A stretch of 64,000 nucleotides of DNA from positions 59,589-123,588 of the forward strand of contig JAQURM010000006.1 of NCBI GenBank assembly GCA_028715605.1, given 5' to 3'. Source of the DNA: Desulfovibrionales bacterium. Lineage in GTDB: Bacteria > Desulfobacterota > QYQD01. Every line of letters starts with the position of its first letter. Positions within the stretch are counted from its first letter, which is position 1. A program made the position numbers and the translations under genes. Positions 20,769 to 31,297 of this stretch are shown piece after piece. The notes below the pieces were generated by a model, which saw only the letters and a list, made by a program, of their open reading frames with translations, ran no database searches and was not told the origin of the DNA.

Positions 20769-21929
20769 TCAAATCAGCCCCATTAACCTAAATATCCGCT
20801 CGAACCTCATCTCCCAGGTATGTTCGCGGTGGGCGCGCCGATACCCGCTCTTTCTTATGGCCTCGGCCTTTTCAGGATTGGAAAGAAGGTCTTGAATTTT
20901 TGAAACAAGATCTTCAAGGCCGGTATATGTCACAATATCCGTGCCCAGATCATAGAATTGTTCCAGTTCCCGATTATACTCAGTCAGATATAATCCACCG
21001 CTCATGGGAATCTCAAAATCTCTGCCCTTGAGGCAGTAGGTATCCTTGTGCCCCACTACTCCGCCAAACCCGAGGTTTATCTTGCTTCTTGAATACATAC
21101 GCACCATGTCTTCCGTGGATAGCGGGCCATTCGGCCAACCATAGCCGTAAGGTTCAACCTTGATGCCTTGCTCTTTAAGCCTCTCAATGACTGCTGGACG
21201 GTTTCCATAACATTGCCCTACGAAGGACACATCAATGGTTTTATCTACGTCACATGGCCTGTGAATCTCAGGGTTAGCGCCTTCCGGCAGATAAACTGGA
21301 AGAGCCCCTTCCACACAATACTTTTTCAGCGCATCCTCGGTGCTTGTCCAGCAAAGGTCGAAATAACGGCAAATGTCCCGGGAACCCATGGCCTGATCCT
21401 GTCTGATTTTTCCCACAAAATGTTCCTTGTCATTCAGGGCGAGATTAAGCATGGGAACGCCAAAGGCCCTTAGTGCCTGCATGGTCTCCGGTGTTACCAG
21501 TTCCCCGGAAAGATAAGTAAAAATCACATCGATATTATCTTCTTTGACCCACCGTCCTATGCGATTGACGAGATCCTCGTTCATAGCTGCTTTTACCGAT
21601 TTGTGCCAGTCCTTTTGTTGATGGTTGAACTCATCAAACCAGTCATAATGTCGAACAGTGCCGAACTTTGCAAGGGCAGGCTTCAGGGATTCGTTCTCCC
21701 AGTTATAATGATGATAAATGGCAAGGATGTGCAGTTCACCCCTTCGTTTTGCTTTTAAACGGGGAATTTTCTGTTTTATGGTATGCCGGATAGCCCGATC
21801 ATCAGGTATGGTGAGATGGCGTGATGCAAATATCGAATTATAATGGTCGAGTTCCCGTTCCAACCTCCTTTTGTTTTTCCAGGCCCTGAATTGCTTTCTA
21901 TATTTCTTAAACGGATCGTTCACGATCAT
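20769..21929 (-). CDS. Glycosyltransferase (GT1-fold, CgeB-like; putative)
   Basis: C-terminal GT-B-like motifs. Located inside the polysaccharide cluster. Confidence 0.4.
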   Translation of the reverse strand: MIVNDPFKKYRKQFRAWKNKRRLERELDHYNSIFASRHLTIPDDRAIRHTIKQKIPRLKAKRRGELHILAIYHHYNWENESLKPALAKFGTVRHYDWFDEFNHQQKDWHKSVKAAMNEDLVNRIGRWVKEDNIDVIFTYLSGELVTPETMQALRAFGVPMLNLALNDKEHFVGKIRQDQAMGSRDICRYFDLCWTSTEDALKKYCVEGALPVYLPEGANPEIHRPCDVDKTIDVSFVGQCYGNRPAVIERLKEQGIKVEPYGYGWPNGPLSTEDMVRMYSRSKINLGFGGVVGHKDTYCLKGRDFEIPMSGGLYLTEYNRELEQFYDLGTDIVTYTGLEDLVSKIQDLLSNPEKAEAIRKSGYRRAHREHTWEMRFERIFRLMGLI

Positions 21930-22884
21930 CTGAACTCCCGGGTTTTCTTATGGTATAAAGCCTCGGTCCCCTTGACTTATCTTCTCGACTATTCATCATA
22001 TTCAAGACATGCCCGGCATCAATGGCTGGTATGGCAAACCGTTGAGCGACATCAACACATACTAAAAGGGCGCCAACACCTGCCCCAACAAGACATATAT
22101 TAGTATCTGATGGTATCCGCCTTAAAATATTTTTCTTCATCTCAGGCCACCGTGTTGCGACATAGGAATCAGGAAGTTCTGTAAAGACAATTTCCGGACA
22201 GCTGGAAAATCGCTCAAACCATTGGATGCACGAGTCCATATTGCATTCCGAACTCAGGATACATACTTTTTTACGATTAACAAGACGGGCAAAATCCTCG
22301 GATGTTAGATAGGCATAAACTACATAAAACGGCAGATAATTGTCACCAGTCAGTTCAATGTGGTTCTGGTAGAGAAAATTCACGAATGTTGAGGCTGAAC
22401 TACCTTGTTTGGAATTACGTAAGAAGGAGAGAAATCCTTTTGTTTCTTGATGCATATTCTCCGGGAAAATTAAAGGGGCAAACTTTCCCAATCCAGCAAG
22501 CGTTTTCAGCGCCTCGAGATGTGAAGGCATTGCCTTTTTGATAGCCCAAACAGACTCTGCCTGTTGATAAAGGCCGTTACAACCCAGTGTATAATTGTAA
22601 AAGGCATACTCACCATCGGCAAAGCGTACAACAGGGACCCCCTTCTTGTGCAACACGCCCTGCTCAATCAGCTTGTGTAACATATCCAAATAATGATCAC
22701 CATATGATACGTTCTGATGAAAGAGGCATGTTTCTTGGTCTAATGCCTCGTGCCCGAATACTTTAAATACCGTTGTGTTATCGATATCCTTTAACACGAG
22801 TCTGTCGAATCGGAATATTTGACTTGCTATCATGCGGTCCAACTGACAAATCTTCTTCATAAAACTCTTCCTAAAATCATTCAC
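21907..22884 (-). CDS. Putative GT-D (DUF1792-like) glycosyltransferase
   Basis: RFADGEYAF is a DxE-type motif. The cluster context supports the call. Confidence 0.35.
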   Translation of the reverse strand: MNDFRKSFMKKICQLDRMIASQIFRFDRLVLKDIDNTTVFKVFGHEALDQETCLFHQNVSYGDHYLDMLHKLIEQGVLHKKGVPVVRFADGEYAFYNYTLGCNGLYQQAESVWAIKKAMPSHLEALKTLAGLGKFAPLIFPENMHQETKGFLSFLRNSKQGSSASTFVNFLYQNHIELTGDNYLPFYVVYAYLTSEDFARLVNRKKVCILSSECNMDSCIQWFERFSSCPEIVFTELPDSYVATRWPEMKKNILRRIPSDTNICLVGAGVGALLVCVDVAQRFAIPAIDAGHVLNMMNSREDKSRGPRLYTIRKPGSSDDRERSV

Positions 22885-23735
22885 TCCTTTCGTGCGACCA
22901 CGGCATAACTATTACCGGAAAACCCTTTTGCAATTAATCGGGCAAAGAGACTTATACCCGGAATCTGCTCCAGCTTGTTTTTGATATACTCCGAATGATA
23001 ATTCTTTGTACGGATGGTTCTAAAACCATGCTTTAATAATATGCCTTTTAACGTTTTCGGGGTAAAATGATAAAGATGGTAAGGAATAGACCAACCTGTC
23101 CACTCAGCCCAGGTCTTTTTTGCATCTGTTCCTTCATAATTGGGGACATCGACTATCATAAGCCCACCTGGTTTTAACCACACCCAGGCTTTTTTCAAGT
23201 AATCCTCTGGGCTATGGGTATGCTCCAAAAAATGCCACATTGTAATCATATCGACTGATTGGTCTTCAAAGTCGATTTTTCCAATAGATCCTATCCGTAC
23301 TGGTATTTTAAGTTCATCCATTATGTAGGAAGCTGCATAATCAGAAATATCTACCCCCTCTACGTCATATCCATACATACGGGAGGCATGCAAAAAATAT
23401 CCCATGCCGCATCCGATATCGACAAGTCGGCCATTCTTTTTTAATGAACGAAAAAACTTGATCCGATGGTCCTCCTGGGAGATACGGCGTCTCATTTCGA
23501 GAGAGTTAACTTGTAAGCCCTTGTCATAATGGCTTTGGAAATAACTTTCTTTATAAAGCTGGTTTAATTCTGTTGGATCTGGGCGAGGATCAAGAAAACC
23601 TAGTCCGCAATTATCACATTTGAAGGCAGTCCAATCTCCCTTTTGAATCAGAACAGATCGATTTGGACTGTTGCATAGGATGCAGTTTGAAGGGGCTGAT
23701 TCCATAATTTTCCTACCTTGGTAATTGATGTACAA
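22881..23735 (-). CDS. Class I SAM-dependent methyltransferase with an N-terminal zinc ribbon
   Basis: VDIGCGMGYF is SAM-binding motif I. N-terminal CxxC...CxxC. Confidence 0.75.
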   Translation of the reverse strand: MYINYQGRKIMESAPSNCILCNSPNRSVLIQKGDWTAFKCDNCGLGFLDPRPDPTELNQLYKESYFQSHYDKGLQVNSLEMRRRISQEDHRIKFFRSLKKNGRLVDIGCGMGYFLHASRMYGYDVEGVDISDYAASYIMDELKIPVRIGSIGKIDFEDQSVDMITMWHFLEHTHSPEDYLKKAWVWLKPGGLMIVDVPNYEGTDAKKTWAEWTGWSIPYHLYHFTPKTLKGILLKHGFRTIRTKNYHSEYIKNKLEQIPGISLFARLIAKGFSGNSYAVVARKE

Positions 23736-24612
23736 GGTTCTTTATTGTATGATAAATCACTCGATATTTGATCAGTTTTTCCTTTGCCCTTGCCTTGTCT
23801 TTCATAAAAGGAATCGTTAGATTCAGCGTTGCTATCCTCCAGTAGGCTTTTACTAAATGTGCTCTACGGATTTTCTCGATTGTTTCAGGAAGATAATGCT
23901 TTTTATAAAAGACATATTCTGCAAGAATTTTTTTTCTCCATTTATCTGATGATGTAACGTTTCGTTCACTCTGTCCTCCCAGATGAACAACAACGGCGGA
24001 ATCACAATAACCAATCTCATATCCTAACTTTCGAATTCTTAGACACATATCCTGATCTTCGCCATAGAGAAAGAAGTCTTCATCAAACCCACTGATTTTT
24101 TTTATTATTTCTGCACGTGCTATCATGCTTGCACCCAAAACACAGGCGATAGAACCTGTTAGTCCGGATAGCTCATTAGTGGTGTATTTCTCTCCCGGAT
24201 ATCTGTAAGATATGGATTCTTGTAACGTCCCGTCTGGATTGATGACTTTCGTACCGGCAAGGCCGATATGAGGATTACCATCCATGAATAAAATCAGCTT
24301 CTTCAAGCACTCTGGATGCGCAATCTTTGTATCTGGATTAAGGAAAAAGATGTAGCGTCCCTGGCACCGTTCCAGTGCTTGGTTATTAGCTGCAGCAAAT
24401 CCCTTATTTTCGCTGTTTGTAATGAAATGAACTGATGGATAATTATCTTTGATGAAAATAGCACTTCCATCAGTTGAAGCATTATCAACAACAAATATTT
24501 CTTTGCTGCAACCATCGATCGCCTTAATTGAGTCAAGGCAGGCTCCGACAAGGTCAACTGTGTTATAAGAGACAATGATGATAGATATTTCTACTTTTTT
24601 ATAACCAGCCAT
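23713..24612 (-). CDS. Glycosyltransferase family 2
   Basis: IIIVSYNT...VVDNASTDGS with a DxD region. Confidence 0.8.
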   Translation of the reverse strand: MAGYKKVEISIIIVSYNTVDLVGACLDSIKAIDGCSKEIFVVDNASTDGSAIFIKDNYPSVHFITNSENKGFAAANNQALERCQGRYIFFLNPDTKIAHPECLKKLILFMDGNPHIGLAGTKVINPDGTLQESISYRYPGEKYTTNELSGLTGSIACVLGASMIARAEIIKKISGFDEDFFLYGEDQDMCLRIRKLGYEIGYCDSAVVVHLGGQSERNVTSSDKWRKKILAEYVFYKKHYLPETIEKIRRAHLVKAYWRIATLNLTIPFMKDKARAKEKLIKYRVIYHTIKNLVHQLPR

Positions 24613-24631
24613 CCCATGTAGTTTTAAATAG

Positions 24632-25255
24632 TTAATCTATTGCCCCTTCGTGAATCCGTATTATGTCGTCTTTGACATCAAAAATTGAATTTGGATACCT
24701 TCCCCCTACAAACTTTTTAAGTTGAGACAAGGTAGGGTAACCATTTTGTCCGGTGAAACTTCTTGCATCATCAATTAAGATGACATGGTTCTTAATAGGA
24801 TGGCTGAAAATGTATTGCAATTCTTTCATTATCGGTGTGTCTAAATCTCCCTTACCAGTTTCTCCACCTGAATAATGTGCATCAAGCCAAAACAGAACCG
24901 GTTCTTTAATATTACTTAAAATTTTCGGTAAAATATATCCACTATCAGCATGATACAGACAAATATGATTATGACCCACAAACCTTTTAACTGCGTTTTG
25001 ATACAAAGGTTCAGATACTTCTATGGAGTGTATAGATGTAAAGTGATTTCTCATCGACTCAACCATATCTCCATAATACGTTCCGGTTTCTACCATAATT
25101 CTAATTCTAAACCTATTCGCATATTTTTTTACTATCCATTGCTTCACTACATGGGGAGGGGGTACAGGTCTTCCTTTAATTATCCAAAACAATCTATCCC
25201 ATGCTTTAGCAGGCAAGATTTTTTTTATCTCTCGTTTAAAATTTTTGTAACCCAC
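24632..25255 (-). CDS. Putative sugar O-methyltransferase (TylF/CmcI-like class I MTase fold)
   Basis: VETGTYYGD (GxG-like) and LFWLDAH motifs. Confidence 0.4.
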   Translation of the reverse strand: MGYKNFKREIKKILPAKAWDRLFWIIKGRPVPPPHVVKQWIVKKYANRFRIRIMVETGTYYGDMVESMRNHFTSIHSIEVSEPLYQNAVKRFVGHNHICLYHADSGYILPKILSNIKEPVLFWLDAHYSGGETGKGDLDTPIMKELQYIFSHPIKNHVILIDDARSFTGQNGYPTLSQLKKFVGGRYPNSIFDVKDDIIRIHEGAID

Positions 25256-26395
25256 TTAACACATCTCCTCATCATATACCTTCAAAACCGTATCCACTAT
25301 TGCCTCCCATGTATTATGGAGTGCTGTTTTGAATGCTTCCCTGCCCATCCTGGTCCTGACTTCCTCATCCATCATCAAAACAATTCTGCTGGCGATTTCA
25401 TCTGCATTGTCTGTATTATCAATAACAAATCCGTTAACCCCCTCTTTCACTAGATCCTTTGCCCCTACGTTTCCGCTAATCATGACCGGCAAGGAAGCCG
25501 CCATAGCCTCAAGTACGGACATTCCAAAGGTATCAAATTTCGAAAGTATGGAAAAGATATCGCAGGCCGGATAAATTTGATCGAGCAGCTCTTTCTGAAC
25601 AACCCCTGAAAAAACGACCTGGTCTTTTATTCCTAAATTGTGAGCCAAACTTTTGTACTTCTCATCATCACCTTTTCCTACGACCAGTAATTTAACCCTT
25701 TCTGAGGGGTGTCTCAACTTGAAGTTAGCTAACCCCATCATAAGCTTATCAAGGCCCTTAATATCAAAATTCATAGAAACAAATAAGATTACCTGATCTG
25801 ATAGATCCATGCCAATTTTTTTTCTTATCTTCTGGCGGCAAAGCTGTCGATCAACCGTCTGAAATCTTTGGATATCAACACCGGGATGAATGACCTGAAC
25901 TTTATCAGGATCAACCTCTCGATATTCCTGTAAGAATTTTCCCTTTGCCAGGTTGGATACGGCAAGAAATGTCCGGCATCTTCTGTTTGTGACCATTTTT
26001 TTTTCGGCCCAAGCCGTTGCGTAATCAAAAAGGCTCATGCGTTTTTTACGCACTTCACGGACCCAGATTCGGTGCGGGATACCGTGCATGGTAAATATGT
26101 CAGCATCAAAAATCCTGTCATGGGCGTGGATCAAGTTAAAGTCCATTCTCGATATCTTGCGGCCTGCAAAATACGCGAAACTGACTGTGGTCAGGAATTT
26201 GGGGAGACCAATAACCGGAATGTGATGAAAGGTAATATGTTCTGAGTTTTTTTGCCATTTATTAGCAAAAACATGCACTTCAAATCGTCTGTCCTGAGCA
26301 ATCCTTTCCGTCAATTCAGCGGCAAATCCCTCCGCCCCGCCCACCAGACCATATTTGGGGATGACAATGGCTATTTTGCGAACATTCGGGATCAT
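25256..26395 (-). CDS. Glycosyltransferase family 4 (GT-B)
   Basis: GT1/GT4 C-terminal E-x7-E region and overall architecture. Confidence 0.75.
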   Translation of the reverse strand: MIPNVRKIAIVIPKYGLVGGAEGFAAELTERIAQDRRFEVHVFANKWQKNSEHITFHHIPVIGLPKFLTTVSFAYFAGRKISRMDFNLIHAHDRIFDADIFTMHGIPHRIWVREVRKKRMSLFDYATAWAEKKMVTNRRCRTFLAVSNLAKGKFLQEYREVDPDKVQVIHPGVDIQRFQTVDRQLCRQKIRKKIGMDLSDQVILFVSMNFDIKGLDKLMMGLANFKLRHPSERVKLLVVGKGDDEKYKSLAHNLGIKDQVVFSGVVQKELLDQIYPACDIFSILSKFDTFGMSVLEAMAASLPVMISGNVGAKDLVKEGVNGFVIDNTDNADEIASRIVLMMDEEVRTRMGREAFKTALHNTWEAIVDTVLKVYDEEMC

Positions 26396-26430
26396 GCAAT
26401 TTCAAAATAAGCGCAGTAACGTAAACAATC

Positions 26431-27693
26431 TCAACTGGATGCCGATGTGATATCTAGTTGACTATCCAACTCCATATTCAGATGCCATAAAATAGTCATC
26501 ATGGCGAAAATAGCGTAAAGCACAATCGCAGGCGGGCCACTGTGTATGTTTTCAAACATCCCTTGGATAAAGACGGCAACAAATGCAGCCATGAGACAAA
26601 GCCCCCATCTTCTTATAACATCGTCTTTTCCATATTTAATTTTCTTCCATCCCATTCGGACAAACGTGAATATTATATATAAATATAACGCAAGTCCCAC
26701 AAGACCAAGTCTCACGGCCACATCAATCAATAGGTTGTGAGGAGCCTTATAAGTAATTGGTTGCCTATATTTAGTAGGCACCCTTGCATTGTATTTGTCT
26801 AAAAGTTTTTCATCTGCATACGTTTGCATCCCAAAACCGATACCAGTAATTGGGTAATCTTTAATAACTTCGATAAAATTATAAGCTATTCCTGTTCTAG
26901 GATCGTCCCGTAATTTATTTATAATATTTTCCATGGTGAGACGGTGACTTACAGGCAAAAACGCGATAGCGATTAAAAGAGATACAGTAAAAACCACCAA
27001 TACCTTTTTATTTTTCAGAGATAATATAGTTAATGAAAAGACCATAGCAAGCAAGGTGCCGCGCGTTTGCGTTAAAAGTGTTGCCAGAGATGTTATTATT
27101 AGGCAAATAACGAGGAAGGTTTTACGATATCCATTTGTTAGTTGGCGGAAAAGGTATAATGACAGGATAATGGCAAATAAGGTTACAATGCCAATAATAT
27201 TAATTGGGATTTCAGTAAAACCGAGACCAAGTTGGGTTGCTATATCATTTCCCATGAAGAAGTAAAAATAAGTGATTGCCCAAATTGAAAAAGCCGCTGC
27301 TGATAAAATTATGATCCATATTAGAACTCCGAGCCGTTTCTTAGTATTAAAAAAATTGACCAATAGATAATAGAAAGTCAGATACTTTAGTAAATGTGCA
27401 TAAAAATCATGGATGCTATTTGGCTTATCAAGCGCAAAAAAGAGGCCAAAGAAACTCCAAAGAACAAACAATGTAAACGGGATGGATAAAGGTGTCTTAA
27501 AGGAAAAAGCAGTCTTTTTAAAAACCAAAAGCAGAAGTACGATGAAAGCCGAAAGATAAAAACAAATTTCTTTTATAGTAGTTGTGTGGGGAAAGGGATT
27601 GAAGAATAGGAATACTCCCATTAAGATAGGAATACTTATGTTGAGCGAGTTAATCGCCTTCCCATTTAATTTAAGTTTTCTTAACTGATACAT
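26431..27693 (-). CDS. O-antigen ligase / polymerase family membrane protein (WaaL/Wzy-like)
   Basis: About 10-12 predicted TM segments with a large periplasmic loop. Located in the GT cluster. Confidence 0.65.
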   Translation of the reverse strand: MYQLRKLKLNGKAINSLNISIPILMGVFLFFNPFPHTTTIKEICFYLSAFIVLLLLVFKKTAFSFKTPLSIPFTLFVLWSFFGLFFALDKPNSIHDFYAHLLKYLTFYYLLVNFFNTKKRLGVLIWIIILSAAAFSIWAITYFYFFMGNDIATQLGLGFTEIPINIIGIVTLFAIILSLYLFRQLTNGYRKTFLVICLIITSLATLLTQTRGTLLAMVFSLTILSLKNKKVLVVFTVSLLIAIAFLPVSHRLTMENIINKLRDDPRTGIAYNFIEVIKDYPITGIGFGMQTYADEKLLDKYNARVPTKYRQPITYKAPHNLLIDVAVRLGLVGLALYLYIIFTFVRMGWKKIKYGKDDVIRRWGLCLMAAFVAVFIQGMFENIHSGPPAIVLYAIFAMMTILWHLNMELDSQLDITSASS

Positions 27694-27866
27694 GGGACTT
27701 TAAGCTATATCGTACATACTGTCCGTTTTTTTGATAAGTTATAATAAGAGGAGCTACGGCTCGAATACTCCGTTTATATATCATACTTTCCTATAAATTT
27801 CATTGTCTTAATGGCACCGTAGTGGTATGAAAAGTGTAAAGTACGGTCAGTTAACTTCTTATTTCT

Positions 27867-28694
27867 ATGGATATCGTATCCATGTGGCCTGCTTACGGTC
27901 AGCGCATAGCCAGATTTGGGGAGTCACAACGCATGCGTCTCAGAATTTTCATAAAAGGCGTGCCATTTTTTGTTTTTATGAAGGGAATGCCTCTATTTTT
28001 GAAAAATTATTATGAGATCAAACGACAGGCAAAACAAACAAAAATAGCTCTCCCCTTTGGGGAAATGTATCCTTGCTTAGAGGACAGGTATAAAGAAAGC
28101 GGAATCGCATCAGGACACTATTTCTATCAGGACTTGCTAGTTGCTCATAAGATATTCAAAAATAAACCAATTAAACACGTCGATATTGGCTCAAGAATAG
28201 ACGGCTTTGTTGCTCATGTTGCATCGTTTAGAGAAATTGAAGTTTTTGATATTAGGGAGTTAAATAGTAATATTCAAAATATTCGCTTTAGGCGTGTCGA
28301 TCTTATGGATAGAAATTTCAATTTAACAGATTACTGCGATTCAGTTTCATGTCTTCATGCGCTGGAACATTTTGGCCTCGGTAGATATGGAGATAGGTTG
28401 GACTATAATGGACACCTGTTAGGTTGGGAGAATATTTATAAGATGCTAAAAAAACGGGGGAAGCTTTATTTTTCCGTACCTATTGGTGAACAAAGGATTG
28501 AATTTAATGCCCACAGGATTTTTTCCATAGAATATCTGTTAAACTTGCTGGGTGATAAATATAAAATCAATGCTTTTTCCTATGTAAATGATCGTGGCGA
28601 TCTTATTGCAAATGCCGACTTAGAAGAAGTATCCATCAAAAACAATTTTTCGTGTCATTATGGATGTGGCATATTTGAGCTTTCCAAAACCTGA
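27867..28694 (+). CDS. Putative methyltransferase (DUF268-like); the true start is probably the internal ATG at 27978
   Basis: Rossmann-like HVDIGSRIDG...EIEVFDI. It is the only plus-strand gene in this stretch of the cluster. Confidence 0.35.
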   Translation: MDIVSMWPAYGQRIARFGESQRMRLRIFIKGVPFFVFMKGMPLFLKNYYEIKRQAKQTKIALPFGEMYPCLEDRYKESGIASGHYFYQDLLVAHKIFKNKPIKHVDIGSRIDGFVAHVASFREIEVFDIRELNSNIQNIRFRRVDLMDRNFNLTDYCDSVSCLHALEHFGLGRYGDRLDYNGHLLGWENIYKMLKKRGKLYFSVPIGEQRIEFNAHRIFSIEYLLNLLGDKYKINAFSYVNDRGDLIANADLEEVSIKNNFSCHYGCGIFELSKT

Positions 28695-29677
28695 TGATTT
28701 CGCAATCGCAAAAAATGGTAAGCTGCCTTGAGGGCGGTCACCTTACACCACCAAGACTCATTCCACTCCATAGGGACATTATTACAATCTGTTCGACCAA
28801 TAGCGCATGAATCATACTTCCGGGGTGAGAGTTGTGGATAATCGTTTGCAATATCACAGAGAAAGACATAATCTTCCGGTTTCATCAGGGCTGCCAGATC
28901 ATTTCCCAGTATGGCCTCAGTTGTGCAATTTCCATCATAGGTCTGTACCCCTGTTTCAGCAGGAGGATAAACACGGATAGGGATTTGTTCATCATCCTGG
29001 TCTTGCTTGGGATTTATCAACGCACGCATAGCCCGTTTAAGCCTTTGTTTCCAAGATAATCGAGAATTGGGGTCCAGAGGTGTTCCTTCGACTGGTGGTG
29101 CATTCCAGCAGCGGACACGTGCATGACGGGGCAAAATATCGTGCATGTGAAACAAGGCGTTTCTCCGGTTCGTGGGTATTACATGCGTTTCAATGAACCA
29201 GCGTGCAAATATCTCCGTATGGAGGCTATCCAGGAAATATATATCGTAATCTAATTGCCCCGGTTTTGACAACTTTCTCGCGTCCCCCACATGCAAGTTG
29301 ACAACCTCTACCAATTGATGTTCTTTGAATAATGTGGTGGCAGCGTTTGCAGCTTTTGCGTCTAATTCATAGGTATCAAGTTTACCTTGGCCGTTCTTCT
29401 TAAGAGCTATCGCCATGAACATCGCTGAATAGCCTGAGGCAGTAGACATTTCCAGAATTTTGTCCGGCTTCAAGTATCGGATCAGGCAATACAACAGTTG
29501 ACCCGAAAACCAGTCATATTGACCCGTTGTAGGAAACATAGTTTTGTTATAACGATTCTCGGGCAAAAACTCTAATGCCCCTGTTTCGGAACCGAACTGC
29601 TCAATTGCCCTATGAAATAACGTGCGGATATCTACAACAATCTCTTTCAAAGAAAAGATTACCTCTACACGAGTCAA
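28658..29677 (-). CDS. Class I SAM-dependent O-methyltransferase (family-3-like)
   Basis: ILEMSTASGYSAMFMA resembles the caffeoyl-CoA OMT motif I. Confidence 0.6.
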   Translation of the reverse strand: MTRVEVIFSLKEIVVDIRTLFHRAIEQFGSETGALEFLPENRYNKTMFPTTGQYDWFSGQLLYCLIRYLKPDKILEMSTASGYSAMFMAIALKKNGQGKLDTYELDAKAANAATTLFKEHQLVEVVNLHVGDARKLSKPGQLDYDIYFLDSLHTEIFARWFIETHVIPTNRRNALFHMHDILPRHARVRCWNAPPVEGTPLDPNSRLSWKQRLKRAMRALINPKQDQDDEQIPIRVYPPAETGVQTYDGNCTTEAILGNDLAALMKPEDYVFLCDIANDYPQLSPRKYDSCAIGRTDCNNVPMEWNESWWCKVTALKAAYHFLRLRNHQVLESSNMPHP

Positions 29678-29915
29678 ACAAAAATCAGTGGGATACGGGA
29701 ACCTTGCTATAAGTATTTTAAGTTAATATGGCTATAACTTGCCTACCCGGGTGCATGTTTCAAAGAAGCTTGATATATATCACTCCAGAGAAATTCGCCA
29801 TCCAATGAATCTACTCTCTTGTATAGCTCCTCAGGTCCTACCCAGTCTGTCAATAATAGATCCTTGATTCGCCAATCGGCCTATTGATAAAAGGTAATTT
29901 CTACAATTTTTCGCG

Positions 29916-30230
29916 TCATAAAAATTCCCTTGTAACTTCAAAAGATATCAAAGGAATTGGTCTCGTTAACCCATTTAATACTGATTTTTCAAATCGTTCA
30001 ACATCTATTTTACAGAACGCGGGGCGTCCATATAAGCTAATTAACGTATTAAGTGTCGTGGTCGATACCTGTTCTATTTTTGGTAATCTGCCCTCATTTC
30101 TACATTTATCGGACATTGTAGAAATCGTATGTTCATCCTCACATATCGCAATTTCTCCATATCCTTCATAACATCCGATTGTTTTGTCGATTATAATGAC
30201 GTTTTTTGTCTTTTCCAAGCAAAAAATCAT
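29916..30230 (-). pseudogene. Truncated FkbM-family methyltransferase remnant. It lacks the N-terminal SAM-binding region.
   Basis: CKIDVERFEKSVLNG corresponds to the FkbM KIDVEG motif. Only 104 aa survive, and only about 60 nt lie upstream. Confidence 0.4.
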
Positions 30231-30292
30231 TCTTTTAATAAGATTATATCTATGTTAAGTATTATTCGAATTTCTAAAATAATAGCCAACTT

Positions 30293-31075
30293 ATGGACAA
30301 TAAGATACCTTTCTCCGTAGCTGTCATAACCAAAAACGAGGCAACTAACCTGCCCGATTGCCTCAAAAGCATAGATTTTGCCGGGCAGATTGTGGTGGTG
30401 GATTCTGGGAGCACGGATGACACGGTAAAAATTGCATCAGACTTTGGGTGCGAGGTATTTATCGAACCCTGGCGGGGATTTGGCCCTCAGAAACAAATTG
30501 CCATCAATAAGTGCAGAAATAGATGGATACTTGTGCTGGATGCGGATGAGCGAATCCCACCGGAAACCGCCCTTACCATAAAAAATATCATTTCTAACGA
30601 TTCAGGGAGTGCTGTCGGGTACAGTTTTCCCAGAAAAAACTACTTTCAGGGCCGCTGGATCAGGCACTCCGGGTGGTGGCCGGACCGGGTGGTCAGGCTT
30701 TTTCAGAAGGATCGCGGCCAAATGTCTCCGGCCAAAGTTCACGAATCCATCGTGGTCAATGGCCCTGTGCAGGACTTGGATGTGCCCATAGAGCATTATA
30801 CCGAAAGCCGCCTCAGCCGGATTTTACTTAAAATCGACCATTATTCCACCCTGGCTGCCCAGGAGGCCTTTGACCAGGGCAGAAAAGCCTCGGTCTGGTC
30901 TGCCACCCTGCGCGCAGTTCTTACATTTTTTCAGGACTATTTTTTACGACTCGGAGTTCTGGATGGCGCACAGGGATTTACCCTGGCCATTACCGATTCG
31001 GTGAATAAATTTTTTAAGTACGCCAAGTTGGCTGAATTAAATAGACGGGCTAAACCAGATCGACATGGTCGCTGA
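30293..31075 (+). CDS. Glycosyltransferase family 2 (LPS core type)
   Basis: VITKNEATNLPDCL...VVDSGSTDDT. Confidence 0.8.
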   Translation: MDNKIPFSVAVITKNEATNLPDCLKSIDFAGQIVVVDSGSTDDTVKIASDFGCEVFIEPWRGFGPQKQIAINKCRNRWILVLDADERIPPETALTIKNIISNDSGSAVGYSFPRKNYFQGRWIRHSGWWPDRVVRLFQKDRGQMSPAKVHESIVVNGPVQDLDVPIEHYTESRLSRILLKIDHYSTLAAQEAFDQGRKASVWSATLRAVLTFFQDYFLRLGVLDGAQGFTLAITDSVNKFFKYAKLAELNRRAKPDRHGR

Positions 31076-31106
31076 CTATAGGCAACGTCACTGGTCAATA
31101 GTCAAA

Positions 31107-31276
31107 GTCAATTTCTCACGCAAAGGCGCAACGACCGCGAAGTAAAAATGAAAATCTGGAAATCAAGAAATCAGGAATAAAAGATTTTTTCATGAGTTCC
31201 TGAGTTCCAAATCTTATTCTTTTTGCGTCGTTGGCGGCCTTGCGTGATATTTTGGACTTTTTACGAGATTGTCAAC
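31107..31276. repeat. MITE-like repeat family A, copy 2
   Basis: About 95% identical to 1270-1439. Confidence 0.8.
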
Positions 31277-31297
31277 TCTGTGGCTCTGTGGTAACAA

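Noticed and set aside
29884-30171. 95-aa plus-strand ORF.
   Set aside because: It overlaps the FkbM-like remnant on the other strand and has no RBS or motif.
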